The notes beneath the pieces were generated by a model. The model had not been told where the DNA came from. It did no database searches and was given only the letters and a program-made list of their open reading frames with translations. Shown here in pieces: positions 26,149-39,332 of a stretch of DNA of 64,000 nt. A program made the position numbers and the translations under genes. This stretch comes from Marsupella aquatica (taxonomy: Eukaryota; Plantae; Marchantiophyta). The DNA is taken from contig OZ316898.1 of NCBI GenBank assembly GCA_973895155.1, positions 13,856,330 to 13,920,329 of the forward strand. The letters run 5' to 3'. Positions within the stretch are counted from its first letter, which is position 1; the number at the start of each line of letters is the position of its first letter.

Positions 26149-27046
26149 TATTTTTTGAGCAAGAAATTGGCCCGTAAGAAATCCAAAAATGCTTGTGGAA
26201 ATCAAACGAAAAGAGCTTGCACCTTATAACCTTCGGATTACGATGAGGAATCAGAAGCCGATCTCGGTGGGTTGGAAAGATTTGAGCACCCGCACTGTTT
26301 GCTGGTCAATCCACTAGTACATTTTTGGTCTCTTTTCGATACTCAAATCGCGGCTTCTTTGACCCGTCCAAAACCGAACGCATCGGACAAATTCCGATAT
26401 TAAACCCATCGTAAATTCCAATTCAAAATATATCAGAACTCAAGGTACCGATGAAAAATGCATCGCAAACTATATCCCATACCAGCACTATCGGACAATG
26501 TCCAAAATTAATAGCATCGCAAAGAGACAACAAAAGTAAGGCTTTAGCTTCCGATGCAATAACACTCGGACCTAAGGCTCGTTGGAAAAACAAATGGACA
26601 TGGTCCGATATTTAAAACAACGGACATAATATTGGGAAAGATATTGCTTCAGAACCTAGGTGCGATAGTAAAAGTATCGGAAGGTGTCCGAAGGTAAGCA
26701 TATCGGACCCCTCCTTCGTCATTTTTGCCAAGAGGTCCGATGTTTTCTGGAATGGAAAAATGTTTCCGATAGGTTTTGAATCGCATGTGTCCTGTCATTT
26801 TCAATATCGGAAAGAGGTTTAGTTCTCCGGCCGAGTACCGATGCCTGTGCGATGTAGATTCCATGGGATTGACAATGGGACATTGTATTGTGGTCATGGT
26901 TTGATTATGGATACTTGTAGCAATATAGTTTATGCAATGGTAGAGAGTGAGAACACATGAAATGCCGATAAATATGTAATGCCAATAAAATAGCCACAAA
27001 TAAGATGGTAGGGGTTAGCTACACCTTTGATGTACCAGATATTGAT

Positions 27047-30000
27047 CTAACTAGTGGAGGGAATGTCAGTATCTTCCACTATAACTACGTTAGGTCTATC
27101 CTGGACAATGGATCGTGATCGTGGAATGTATGGCATGACAATGGACCAATCTGAGTCATCTGGATAGGGTAGGTAAAAACATTGTTCAAGGTGATGGGGG
27201 AACGCAAAGGGATCTGAGGACCTCCAATTTGAGCTGATGACACTATTTGCGGTTGTCTTCAACCGGGTAAAACCGCATGCATCATCTTCACATGTCCGGT
27301 TGTGGCCCACAAGATTCATCTTGAACCATTTGCACTTTAATACCACTTCCTCCAAAGTAGTATGTGCATGGTACTTTATGGTAAGGATTTCCTCAATCTT
27401 TCCATAATGGGCGACGGTGGACCGAATGGGATTCCTGTCTGATGTGCTACTCTGTGAATCCTGGGTGAACCAACCCATCACCCCACAATCTTGTGTAGCT
27501 GCCCTCTTCTCATCAAGTCGTTCAACACAAAAATGTCTCCCCTTGGACGGCATGGCTGTCCGAGTCGTGACTATAAGTAGTGGACCATGAATCAAGGTAC
27601 GAAGCTTATCAGTCACCTTTGGGAAGTGTGATATGCTCTCCCCAATACCCACCAAGGCATCCACTTCTAGCATCGTTGACTTCATGTATGGGTGAAACTT
27701 GGGAAATAATCGTGGTCGCCGACTGTTTTTCTTCTCCTCCTCATAAAATGTTGTCCACTCCCCTACAACCTCTGGTGAATTATACAACATAAATGTTGTG
27801 AGCTGCAAACGCTCCGCTGAGCTCAAGAGACACTCTCCTGATGCCCCAGTGAGTCTATCATCCTCATAGTCCGCCTCTCGCGCTGCCTCATGTATCCATC
27901 CCCTAGGAGCGTTAGGATCTAGTGTGGCAACTATGTTTGTACAATAAAACATACTCTCTGCTCCAAGATGACGCTCTGCAATGCTACCTTCCATCCTAGC
28001 GTGATTAGAGACGTACGACTTCATCACCCCCATATAACGCTCAACCCAATACATCCATCGACAATGCACTGGGCCTGCAATTGCAACCTCATGCACTAAA
28101 TGTATGAGAAAATGAACCTGGCCATCAAAGAAAGAGGGAGGGAGTGCCTTCTCCAACTTACAAATAACCTCTACTCCAAATATCTCCATTGCAGCAGTTT
28201 CATCCTCCTGTACCTCCTTCTGACATACCCATCTCAAAAGCTTTCCCAATGACCAAAGGGCATCACGAAGTTCCTCACTACCCAATCCAATAATCGCAAT
28301 TGGAATGACATGTTCTAGTAACCGATGATAATCATGTGTTTTCAAGTAAGATGGCCATTTTGGAGAATCATCCCCCCCAAATGCTTTTTGGAGATTTGCG
28401 CCATAACCTGTGGGAAACCTCATTGACCCAATACGTCTGCAAAACTCAGTGCGCTCTGCCCTAGTCAAAACCCAAGGTGGATGGATGCTAGGGGGTCTCC
28501 AGGGGGGTCCAAAGATGGCCAAAAACCAAGAAGACCATCTCTCCAATTGTGGTTCTTCTCCCCATATAGATGATGAATCAATGACCTCCCCACATTCCCC
28601 TCAATGTGCATCGGATCTAACAAGTGATTAATGGGCATCTTTGACCAATATGGCAACTGTGATAATGCAGACAAACGGGTCATGCCACATCTGAGAAATT
28701 GTAATGGATCATCTGGGTCTTGAACTCTTTGCCATACCTCTCTCCAATATGCTGGATCCTTTCGCTGAGGTTGAGGATGGGTATCAGGTTGGCCCTCATC
28801 AGTGTCATACAGGAAGTGGTCACTCCTCCAAGGATGGTCTGCTGGAAGATATTTGGTATGACCAATGTAAACTATCTTCCGCAAAGTAGTTGACTTGCGT
28901 CTTGCCACTCCCTCCAAATCTGGTCCACATGAAGGGCAAGCTCGATAGCCTGATGTTTGCAATCCAGAGATATATCCAAACCCTATGATTGGTCAAGGGA
29001 CAGCCAGCCAATGAAAGAAGGTTAGAGAAAAGAATACAATTTTTAATTAAATGCAAGATTGATGAAATAGGGTTAAATTAATTGCAAGGTTTACTGTGAT
29101 TACCTGGTAAATCATGCATGGTCCACATAAGAATGGCCTTGAGGGTGAATGCGCGAGATAAACCTCCAGTGTTGCGATGTCCGTCATAACAATCCACTCC
29201 CCTCCAAAGTTGCAAAAGCCCATCAATCAAAGGTTTCAAGTAGATGTCAATCTTTTTTACTTGCTTAGGACCGGGGATGATCAATGAGAGTAGTAGATGA
29301 CCTTTCTTCATGGCCATCCATGGAGGGATATTGTAGTTTGTTAGAACTACTGGCCATACTGAATATGGTTTTGCTTTACCTGCCAATGCAAAAGGGCTAA
29401 TACCATCTGCTGCCAATCCAAGTCTCACATGTCGTGGGTCAGTTTTGAACTCACCCCATCTATCCTCTACAAATCGATTGGTAGGAGAGTAAACCATCAT
29501 TCGCATGGCACTGGAGTCTGTACCCATATCAGAACGATGTTGTGAGTGCCATACCATATACTTAGCCAACTTTGCACAACGGTATTGATTTCGCAATCGA
29601 GGGATGAGAGGAAAATACCGCATAACTTTTTGAGGCACCTTCCCTGTCAACATGTCATCACGGTACCGCGGCTTCTCACACTCAGGACATATGATTGCAT
29701 TCTCATGCTCACCCCTAAAAAGAATGCAGTCATTTACACATGCATGTATCACTTCATACTTTAGACCAATGGACTTCAACACCTGTTTAGCCTCCTTCCA
29801 AGACCTTGGCATGTTGTTGCCTGGTGGTAAAATGCGATCATGTAGGGTACGAAAAACATCATCCAAAAGTAGGTTACTGGCCCCATGTCTTTGTTGCACA
29901 TTCAACAATAACATTATTGCTGAGAGCTGAGATAACCTACTCCCCTCAAATATGCGAGTACGAGCATGACGTTGAGCCTCTTCCCATTCCTTCTGCTGGC

Positions 30001-31664
30001 CCCCCCTAGAAGGATGAGTGGTGTTGTCGTCGGTGAAACCCATGTCCTCCATACCAATATCAACATCATCTTCATAAAATTGGTTCATGAGCTCGTCCAT
30101 GGCCTCCTCATCTTCAAGCCGATCTTGGGTAGAGTCATCATCCTCATGTTGTACCTCATTCTCCTCCCCATCATTGGCCACCATGGCCTCAACAAGGTGT
30201 TGCCGCATAGCTCATGATATTACCCCAATATCAGGCACCACATATTGATTCTATCATACAACATCAATGCATGCAATCTCACCAACATCAATATTGTGAA
30301 CAACCAATTATCCAATGTTAAAAATGGAAAAGAGTCCGATATATATATATGTATATATGTAAGTCCAAGAAACTATCTTGGACGGGAACGTAGGGACAAT
30401 TTTGGTGCATCCCACTCATAATCACACAATAACTCCTCACCAGCTCTAATGGTCCTAACAGCGACCGTCATGATGTGATCATCCATATGTTTCACACAAT
30501 AGGAGCTCTAGGTGGACCAAACATCTGGATCCACTCTACATTAGCCTCCAAATCTCTACCTCTACCCGTGGTACTATTGATGTACCCTGCTAAATTACAA
30601 TTCCGAATAGGGTCACCATCAATCATCCTACAATGCCACGGCATAGTGAAGACCTCGTCTAGGTCTGAGTCCATCCTCAATGCATACACCCCCCAACTTG
30701 GGTGTTGACGCAACAAAATGTTCCAACTCTTAGCGTTGTATACAGCTCCAATGTAAGGGAAAAGGTGCTCTCCATCATAGCCATGTCTCCATGGCTTTGG
30801 AGGGACAATAATGTCCTCCAAAGCATGTAGACCATATCCTATATCAGCACCAATGATGGAGGAATCTTTCACTATCCAAGAGCGACCCCATATCTCAACC
30901 AGTTCATTAATAGGAATGTAGTCTGGAAATTTGAAGAGACTAGGATCAAAGTCTTTCAAAACGTCGGCTGCCCTACCAGTGAGATAAGATGCTCCAAACC
31001 GTCCGTCAGCCCCAATATAATCTACATTGTTGGATGGTCGAGCACTGCCTAACACCTCCTCCCTGTTGTCTACCTGTTCCAGTGGCTCATATTGCTGTCT
31101 ACGTTTGCGAGACCGTGGTCGTGTACGTAGGACTCTTGTACACCCAACCTCCGGTCGAGAGACCGGTTCACCCTCTACATGCTCAACTATGGGGATAGGA
31201 GCAGGGGGCTAAGAGGTGGATGGGCAAGGGGGGATGCAAGCAAGTCCCTTGCCCTTGCTAGAAACCCTTCTAGCCACACAACATCATCAACCAAAGGAGG
31301 TGGGGGTCTACGAGGCACCTATTTCAACACACAATAAATTGAGTAGTGTTATTTGAATGCAAGCTAATTATACAATATTTCACCAATTGCCGTTTCATGA
31401 AATGAAAGGGGGGATGTATGTATAATTATTTACCTGGCTAGGCAAATAACCTTGCATATCACCCTCATGGCGACCATAGTTCTCAATGTGCTCACAAGTC
31501 TCCCAGGCATGTCGAACCACAAGTCCCTTGCATCTCACACACCAGCAAGGTATGGGCCCTAGTGGAGCACGAGGACGGTCAAGAGGAGGGGGTGGAGGAA
31601 CCTCCCCCTCGGACGAGCTCGTGTCAGAGTCTGAATCCGATGTGGAACTATCGGATGTAGACAT
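27047..31664 (-). pseudogene. CACTA Tnp2/TnpD transposase, spliced
   Basis: Exon 31434-31664 (transposase-associated CxCxxC...H motif); exon 30250-29104 (IHACVNDCILF, RYFPLIPRL, LAADG, YSVWPV, YNIPPW, WTMHDLPG); intron 28983-29103; then ACPSC, LDPMHIEGN, LKTHDYH, GPVHCRWMYWVER. Confidence 0.93.
30373..31318 (-). pseudogene. SET-domain (lysine methyltransferase-like) exon inside the CACTA transposase locus
   Basis: GYGLHALEDI, PYIG, IDG, NLAGYINS and, after a frameshift near 30500, VAVRTIRAGEELLCDY, then a stop at 30373; AG acceptor at 31319-31320. Confidence 0.85.
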
Positions 31665-32089
31665 CTACATACATATCCAACATGTAAGTTAGATTAAACA
31701 ACTTCTTGTGTCGATGTATATACAAACATAATGAAGGAGATTTACATAGAGAACACAGTGACGGACCAAACGAGAAATATGACCACCAAACGAGAAGTGT
31801 GTTTTCGATTTCGCGAAAAACGGTGAAAAATCACTAAAATTAAGATCAAAAACGCTATTTTGAGGATGAATCCAAAATCGCATCCAACATCGGATTTCAA
31901 ATCGAGATACTGTCGACGTAAAAACACAGAATTGTCACAATCCAGAATTCCGATACACTTCATCTAAAAAAAGTGCAAATTCCAAAACCTGGAAAAACAA
32001 TGCTTTTCACGTGATCCTTCTAAAAGCTAAATCCGAGCGTCAAACAAAACGAGTAAAACACAAGATTTCATTTTCGCCATCAAAATGGC

Positions 32090-32600
32090 AAACTGAAAAT
32101 GGGATACGGCGTATCCCATTTCGGATTCAACTATTGAACATGGACGAAAACCACACCAAATCATTCTCTTGACGCTTCCATTTAACCTCGGGTTAAAAAT
32201 GTTTGAATTTTTAACTGCGGTAAAATTGAAAATTGCGAAAAACTGACCGCGGACTACAGTCAAACCACACAGTTAGTTAAGTTAACCCGACGACATGTCC
32301 GGAAACTTTTTAGCCCATAACGCATGATGAATACGAGATGGGATCCAAGTATCCACTATCGTATTCAACCTCAATGTTTTCCACTTGCAACTTTGCATCA
32401 GGAGATCTTTCGACATGAATACCAACTGAGATCCATGTATCCCATTTTTTTCACAAGTCCAAAAACTGATCGGGAAAACATGAGGATGAATACCAGATGG
32501 GATCCATGGATCCCATCTAGTATTCAACCTCTACATTTTGAAGTTTTTGCATCGCATACCTTGATATTCCAGTTTGAAGACCAACTGGGATCCACGGCGA
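32090..32600. repeat. Palindrome cluster 1 (about 5 copies, some degenerate)
   Basis: TGGGATACGGCGTATCCCA at 32100; GGGATCC variants at about 32338, 32428, 32498 and 32587. Confidence 0.85.
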
Positions 32601-32677
32601 CTTCCTCAAAAATCTACAATTTAAATTTCAGCATTCTTTGAAAAGACAGACTCTCACGTGAAAAAACCCTCGTACGG

Positions 32678-32727
32678 ACCAATCAGGGAATGCCACGTGT
32701 CCAATGCCCCCGAAAACTATAAAAGGA
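32678..32727 (+). promoter_or_regulatory. Putative transposase promoter (CCAAT, G-box, TATA)
   Basis: CCAATC, CACGTG and CTATAAAAG about 160 bp upstream of ATG 32877. Confidence 0.5.
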
Positions 32728-32876
32728 AGAGCTCGCATATGTTTTTCATCTTCATTTCTCGCAATTACTTTGAGGTTTGTTCAGTATTGAGTAGTTGTTT
32801 TCATAGAATACTGTAATCTGAATTTTCTCTGTTGGATACGAATACGTACTCCTATAGAACCCTTGTTTGATTCTCT

Positions 32877-35800
32877 ATGGTGTCTTCAAGTGATGAGTCA
32901 ATTTACAGTTCAGATGCATCTTCGCCAGATGTTGTTCGAAAATATATTCCATCTCGTTTGATGAATGAATTACCAGCCTCACAGAGAGAAGTGCCAGAGA
33001 TTTCATTTTCCTCAAAATCTGAGAAATCAGAGTCTGATTCAGAGTCTTGTAGGAGTGTTGTGGGTGCTCCGATTTCATACTATGTCTCTCCAAGTAAACG
33101 ACGTCTACTTGTAAAGAAGCCTAATGTAGTTCCTACGACAGAGACACTTGGTTCACCACGAACCCCGACAGATCTTCAAAGGCGAAGGCCCCGGTTTTTA
33201 ATGCCAAGAACAACGTTACCATGTAGGCCCGCCCGAAGATCTCCGTTGGTTTTTCCAATGTCTTGTTCTCCGGGAGTGAAGATATCTGTGTCCAGTGTTC
33301 AATCACAGTTTGAGCGAATGAGGAGTCCAAATGTGCCAGAATTGCAGGGAGGGGCAGCCTCGGAGCCAAATTACTCGAATGTTGAGAAACGGTGAACACG
33401 AATTACCTATTTCATCTCCTTCAGTACCAAATTCCTTGGGTCAAATACGAAGTGGGATCCATGGATCCCACTTAGTATTCCCTCGTGTTATTTTGCAGAA
33501 TCCTGTGCCCGAGTCATCGGTCTTACGGACTTCCAACCCGAGTTCCGATGGTGGAATACGAAATGGGATACGCGGATCCCAGTTCGTATTGCGCAACGGA
33601 AAATTACCAAGTCATGACGCAGAACAGCAAGTGGGAAGTTTTCACTTCGAAGTCCCGAAGGACGAATACGAGTTGGGATCCATGGATCCCAATCGGTATT
33701 CCCATCAGTTATTTCATAGAGTGGTAAAACTAACAACATGGGACTTTGAAGCCCTTTGGCGAGGATGCAGTGTGAGGTTTTTGGATCTTCCATTGGACGG
33801 GAAGTGCAGAACGAAAGAGGGAAGAGATCTAGTGTCCAAAAAATTCCTCAGAGATTATTGCGAAGTGAGCTGCCGAAGAGAGGGCCCGAAAATTCAAGGG
33901 TACATGCTAAATTGAAACTTGTCCAAAGATTATTCAATGGTCAAGATGAGCCCTCAAGTCAAGAAGAATCACCTAGGCTGGGATTACAGTCTCAGAGATA
34001 AGTGGGCGGTACTTTGACTGAAGATGTGAATATCATTAGAAGATTTCAAACTAGAAATCTCCGAACACCTATTTCATTTTTAGAAGACTCTGAAGAGAGA
34101 TCAGAGGAGGCTGCAAATGATAGAGAGACTGCTGTAATCTCAAATGTTGTTGAAGAGATCCCGGGAGGTGAGATTGTTCATGAAACAGTTACAGAAAATG
34201 TGGAGAGTGGAAACAACTCTACAGAAAATCTTTTTGTTTTAAATTCTAATTCACTAGAAAATAGTGGGGAGGTAAGTACTCCCGACACTATTCAGGATAG
34301 AGTAGCTAGAGGTGACAAGACCCAGCAAGAAAATCAGAGATCAGATGATTAGAAAAGATAGATTTACCATTGCAAATCTAAAAAAATGCAAAATTAAAGA
34401 TATTTTTAAGTATCCCTGTTGTGACAAGTTTTGCTTGAGGTCTCTGGGTCTAGAGGAATGCTCAAAACAACGCAAGTATTATTTTGGTCTTAAACACTTG
34501 CAAAAAAATATTTTGCTACGAGGTTGTATCATGAACAACTGTAGTACTTCTCGTGGATATAGTGTAAATGGACAACCTATATGTAGAGGAGGATTCAAGA
34601 AACTATATTCTTTAGGTAATAATAGATTGGCAACAATCCATGCAAACATGTTTACAAGGATTGAACAAGATACCTTTTGTAAGGAAGACTCACCTTCATT
34701 TCTAAACTTGGTGGAATGGTTGAAAGATTTTTTCCAAAAAAATATGGATAGTCTTCCCCATAAAGAGATTCATCACTTGCTAGACAATTGGACAAAGCAA
34801 GAGATACATGGAATCTTTGAAGCTGAAACAATGTTGCAAGAAGAACAACAAGTTACATATTCTTATTTTTTGCGTGTTTGGAAAAAAAAGTTTCCAAATG
34901 TACGAATTCCTAAAAGGAGTCGATTTTCTACTTGTGGTCCTTGTACTGAATTCAAGGCTCTTCGGGACAAAGCAACAACTGAAGATGATAAAAGTAAGTT
35001 CCACTAACTATAACCTTCAACTTTAATTTGATGACATGTAATTCAATATTTGTCAAAGTTTATCCTTAGTTATTGATTTTTAATTCATTGCTATTGTATC
35101 ATTTCAGGAAAGTATATCAATGCCCTTATGGAGCATCGAAAAGTACAATCATTGGAAAGGATGAAGTTAGCCAAGCATCGTAAAAAATGCTATGATGAGC
35201 CCAACAAGTATTTGGGTATTTGTATAGATGGTATGGATCAAAAGAAAACAAAGCTACCACATTTTATTCGTTGTCCAAAGAACATGGATGAAAAGTATTT
35301 CATTCCAATACATGTTGTAGGTTGTCTCATCTTCAACAGGAACCTTGTAGCAAAAGTATTTTTGACATATCCCAATATCCATAATGATGCAAACTTGACC
35401 ATACATGTTATTCAAAATGTATTGAATATATGGGATGGGACATTACCAAGAGTGTTATATCTTCAATTAGATAATACCACTCGGGAAAACAAGAATAAAT
35501 TCTTGATGGCTTATCTTCACATGTTAGTAGATTTGAAGATTTTTGACAAGATTAAAGTGGGTTTCTTGTTGGTCGGTCATACACATGACCAGATAGATCA
35601 GATGTTTAGTAAATTTTCGTCTAGGTTAAACAAGCACAAAGCATTTCGCTTGGAGACTCTTGAGGATATTATTCGACGAGCATATTCACCTGAAGCTTTG
35701 ATCATATTTGTGGATGAAGTAGCCAATTTTTGAAAATTTGTCAATGAAAACGACCAGCCAAATGAGAAGGGAGTCTCAGGTAGAGTCTTGAGAGATCTCA

Positions 35801-36710
35801 ATCTCATAACTTTTCAAAGGCAATTCAGATTCAAACGAGTCATGGAGGATGGAAACGAAGAGACAACATTTCACGGGAAACATCTTTCCTGGACGACCCA
35901 GGATTGGGGAGATGCAGTGACGTTCGTCAATTACATTCCAACTTCAAGAATGTGGGTTGCTGCACAAATGTCACTGAAGTCAGCAAAAGGTGTTGAGAGG
36001 GATGATGTCCATGATTCTTCCAATACAGATGGTGCATTAACTACTCTGGTGAAATATGAAAAAGCTATCCAGGAAGGTTTCAATTACTTTGACAATGAAG
36101 ATAAACTTTGGTGGATGAGTTTTTTTGAGAAACAAAAAGATATTATCAAAAACCACCTAGAGGAAGGTGAGTGGTTATTTGAGTGGGTTTGGCCGCAACA
36201 AAATCAAGGTGCACAACTACTTCCAAGGGTGAGAAATGAACTTGTTGAAGAAGGTGTTGATCCAACTTTGTTTGACAAAGTTGCTGGACCACAGAGAATT
36301 ATGTACTCCGGACCTCGACGAAAGCAAGCTGAATTTGGAGATTTCAGAGATATGGAAGTTAACAATAAGTGGTCCATGATATGTGTAGCGGCACACAAGG
36401 ATCCAGAAGGCAAGTTATTTTGGATGGCAAAGGTGTCAAAGATTTTGACAAGAACTGCAGACATTCCTGAGAGAATCAAAATCACATGGTACACAACTGA
36501 GGCAAGTGCTGAGTCTGCTGTTGATGGGAAATATTTCCAGAGAAAGATAATATATCTAATCGACTTCTCCAAGATGAACTAGTTCTATCATCAACAGCGG
36601 TGTATGCATACAACTTTGCACTTTTAAGTACTAATCAAATAGCAGCAAAAACTAAAAAAATTATAGAGTCTGCTATATTAGAGAGAGGTTCTGCACACTC
36701 AGAGGATTGA
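32877..36710 (+). pseudogene. Sola-like DDD transposase, spliced and disrupted
   Basis: Cys-rich N-part (CCDKFC, FSTCGPC); catalytic-type motifs IDGMDQ, LQLDNTTRENKN and GHTHDQIDQMFS; in-frame intron 34994-35107; probable stop at 36708-36710; 5' exon structure uncertain. Confidence 0.85.
33444..33702. repeat. Palindrome cluster 2 (3 copies, 110-bp spacing)
   Basis: GAATACGA..TGGGAT(A/C)C-N3-GGATCCCA...GTATT at about 33444, 33554 and 33664. Confidence 0.88.
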
Positions 36711-38933
36711 GATTGATGTCCTTAAACAGATACATGCATCAATTTTAGAATTTGATCTCGAATGAATTTTCTAAGGTTACATGCTCTTTTACAATTGCAC
36801 CATTTTTCAGTAAATAAAGACTGTGCATCAAGGCATTGTGTAATATGCCATTGAATTCTGATTTCGTCCATATTTTGAAGAATAAATAGACCACAATCTG
36901 AATTGTTTGGTTGTTGAGGTACCTGAGAAAGAATCTTAAAGTTAGTCCAAAGTGTTTAATAATTGAACTAAATAAAAGTTGAAATAACTTTTCAAATCCT
37001 TACCATTGGATTGTATATCTCCACAACTCCCATTGGAACTTTTCCAAAAAATAATTCCCATTCCATTGTAAAATATCTGCAAATTATTATTCAAAGTTAT
37101 TAGTCCAAAGTGTTTATATTTATGTACCACATAAATAAATTCAAATTGAAAAAATGTAATAGAATATATACGTACCTGCTCAGTATTGATCCAATTACAT
37201 GGGTTGAGTGTAGACCGGCGAGAGAGTCTAGATGATACATTTTGATCGAAGATTCAATCCGATCCAAACATATTACAACCAGACTCCAGTGCATGCTCAT
37301 GTGAATTGGCATGAGAATGACCTCAATTTGGGAAAATGGTGGCTTGTAATAATTCCGCATCTTTTGAATTGATTCCAACAGGGTCTCAGCTGGTTCTGTT
37401 TCAATCCTTGAAACAAGCCAAGGGTAAAAAAAAGAGGATAATGTGTTTACTGAGGGAGCCAGATCTCCATGTTCCTCGGTTATTAATTCCATTATTTCAT
37501 CACCCAAATATTGACCGGGTTCAAGTTGGCTCAATGTTTTATTGTCCAAAAGAAATCCACTAGAAGGATTGTGTGAGAATCTATGAAGAACATGTTTCAA
37601 TACAAAATCCTCCTTTGGTTCCTGCAAAGACATTACTTTGTGAAATAAGAACATAGTCCAATCATAATCTTCCTCAATATTTCACAAGTTTGGATCAATA
37701 GATACAACATGAGAGAACTAATCAAACTTAAGTCTACACCTCAAGGAATGAGCCAAGATCAAGTGCCGGAGCTTCATGTTCCACTTCATCCTCTTCATCC
37801 TCATCATTGTCGTTCTCCTCCGCAGTTGTAATAATGCAAGTTCCAGTGGTGAGGGTGCTCATAGTACCACCAATAGGTGGTTGAACCTCAAGCTCATGGG
37901 TCCTGTACGTACCCTCCTCGGTTGCTTCATCATTCAAGTCCCACAATTCATCAAGCGTGACAAGTCAGGTCTGGATACAATCCACCTGGCTTGCACTGAG
38001 CTCCACGGCTGTCACCGGACGTTTTCCTAACAAGGCAGCGCATGAGGTCGAACCACTCCCGCACATAAATCAGCAACCCAATCCCCTGCTTCACTAAAAT
38101 GTTGAACGAACCAATCTGCTAAAGCTATCGGTTTCTGGTAAGGGTTCACTATTTCTCCCAATGGTGTTACACATTTCTTTGTAACACAAGGGGCTTTTAT
38201 GATGTTTACCCTTTTCTCATCATGTTCAAAATTGTACATGTCTCTGGTCCTAATACCACTCTCGTGATAATATCCGATTGACTAGTTTTCAAAAGCCCAA
38301 GCCAATCAATTCTCGGAAGGATGAGCATGTACATTTGGCTTCTCCCAAATTCCAGCCTCTACACCTGCGTTACAAGTTTTTCCAAGAGCATTCATCACAG
38401 ACCAAGTTTGCTGCAAAGAGTGAATCACAACAAACCTCCACATCTTTGAACTTGTCACCTTGGCAAAACAATTCACCATATCCACAATATCACTCTCTGA
38501 AAATGGGACCTCATCATTTTCAGAGCCAGGCGCATTGAATCCATAAGGAATGTCTGCAATTGCAAGTGTGTAATTCCTTTTCTCTACAAACTTATCCAGT
38601 GCCCTGACATCTCCACAATGCAATGTATATCTGATAAAATTTCCGTCAGCATTTTTCCATCGATGGTCACTCGACTCTACTTCAACCGTTTCAATCCGAC
38701 AACGACGGTTGTAGTTCTCAATCGCTTCTTGAACATAATTCTTAAACCCCGGGGGAATAACACTCGAAGTCAGCTCCTCCGTAGGCTTCTCAACCGCATC
38801 GGCACCAATTGCATCCTTGTTCTTCTTCTTTGAAAAAGCTTTCAACTGCAAACGCAAACTTGTTAAAAGAATCTGGAGGAAAGACAATGGGGAGATAACC
38901 ATTTAGGAATTCATACAATCAAATCTGGATGAC

Positions 38934-39332
38934 GAATGCGACATGGGATACTCCGTATCCTAGTTCGTATTCAACCAAGCAAAAACCACAGTCAAACATC
39001 ACCACCGTCAAATAACCACAAGTGAATCCGAGATGGGATACCCCGTATCCCACTTCGCATTTGACCAAGCAAAAACCACATTGAAACATCTCAAACGTCA
39101 AATAACCACATTGAATACGAGATGGGATACCGCGTATCCCACTTCGAATTCAACCAAGCAAAAACCACATTGAGACATCACAAACTTCAAATAACCACAA
39201 GTGAATACGAGATGGGATACCGCGTATCCCACTTGGCATTCAACCAAGAAAAAACCGCATTGAAACATCACCAACATCAAATAAGCACAAGTGAATCTGA
39301 GATGGGATACCCCGTATCCCACTTCGCATTCC
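38934..39332. repeat. Palindrome array 3: five ~90-bp units in intron 38846-39411
   Basis: GAATNCGAGATGGGATAC-N3-GTATCCCACTTCGNATTC starting at about 38934, 39024, 39113, 39203 and 39293. Confidence 0.95.

Noticed and set aside
26005-26229. ORFs with poly-LS or poly-ER
   Set aside because: Translations of the (GA)n microsatellite
31754-31800. CACAGTG at the terminus suggesting an RSS heptamer or Transib/RAG-like element
   Set aside because: No convincing nonamer at 12 or 23 bp, no 5-bp TSD at that boundary, and the transposase motifs are Sola-like rather than RAG1/Transib-like
38934-39332. CRISPR-like array (palindromic repeat plus spacer)
   Set aside because: Linkers within an array are similar to each other (tandem duplication) rather than unique spacers; no cas genes; located in a spliceosomal intron
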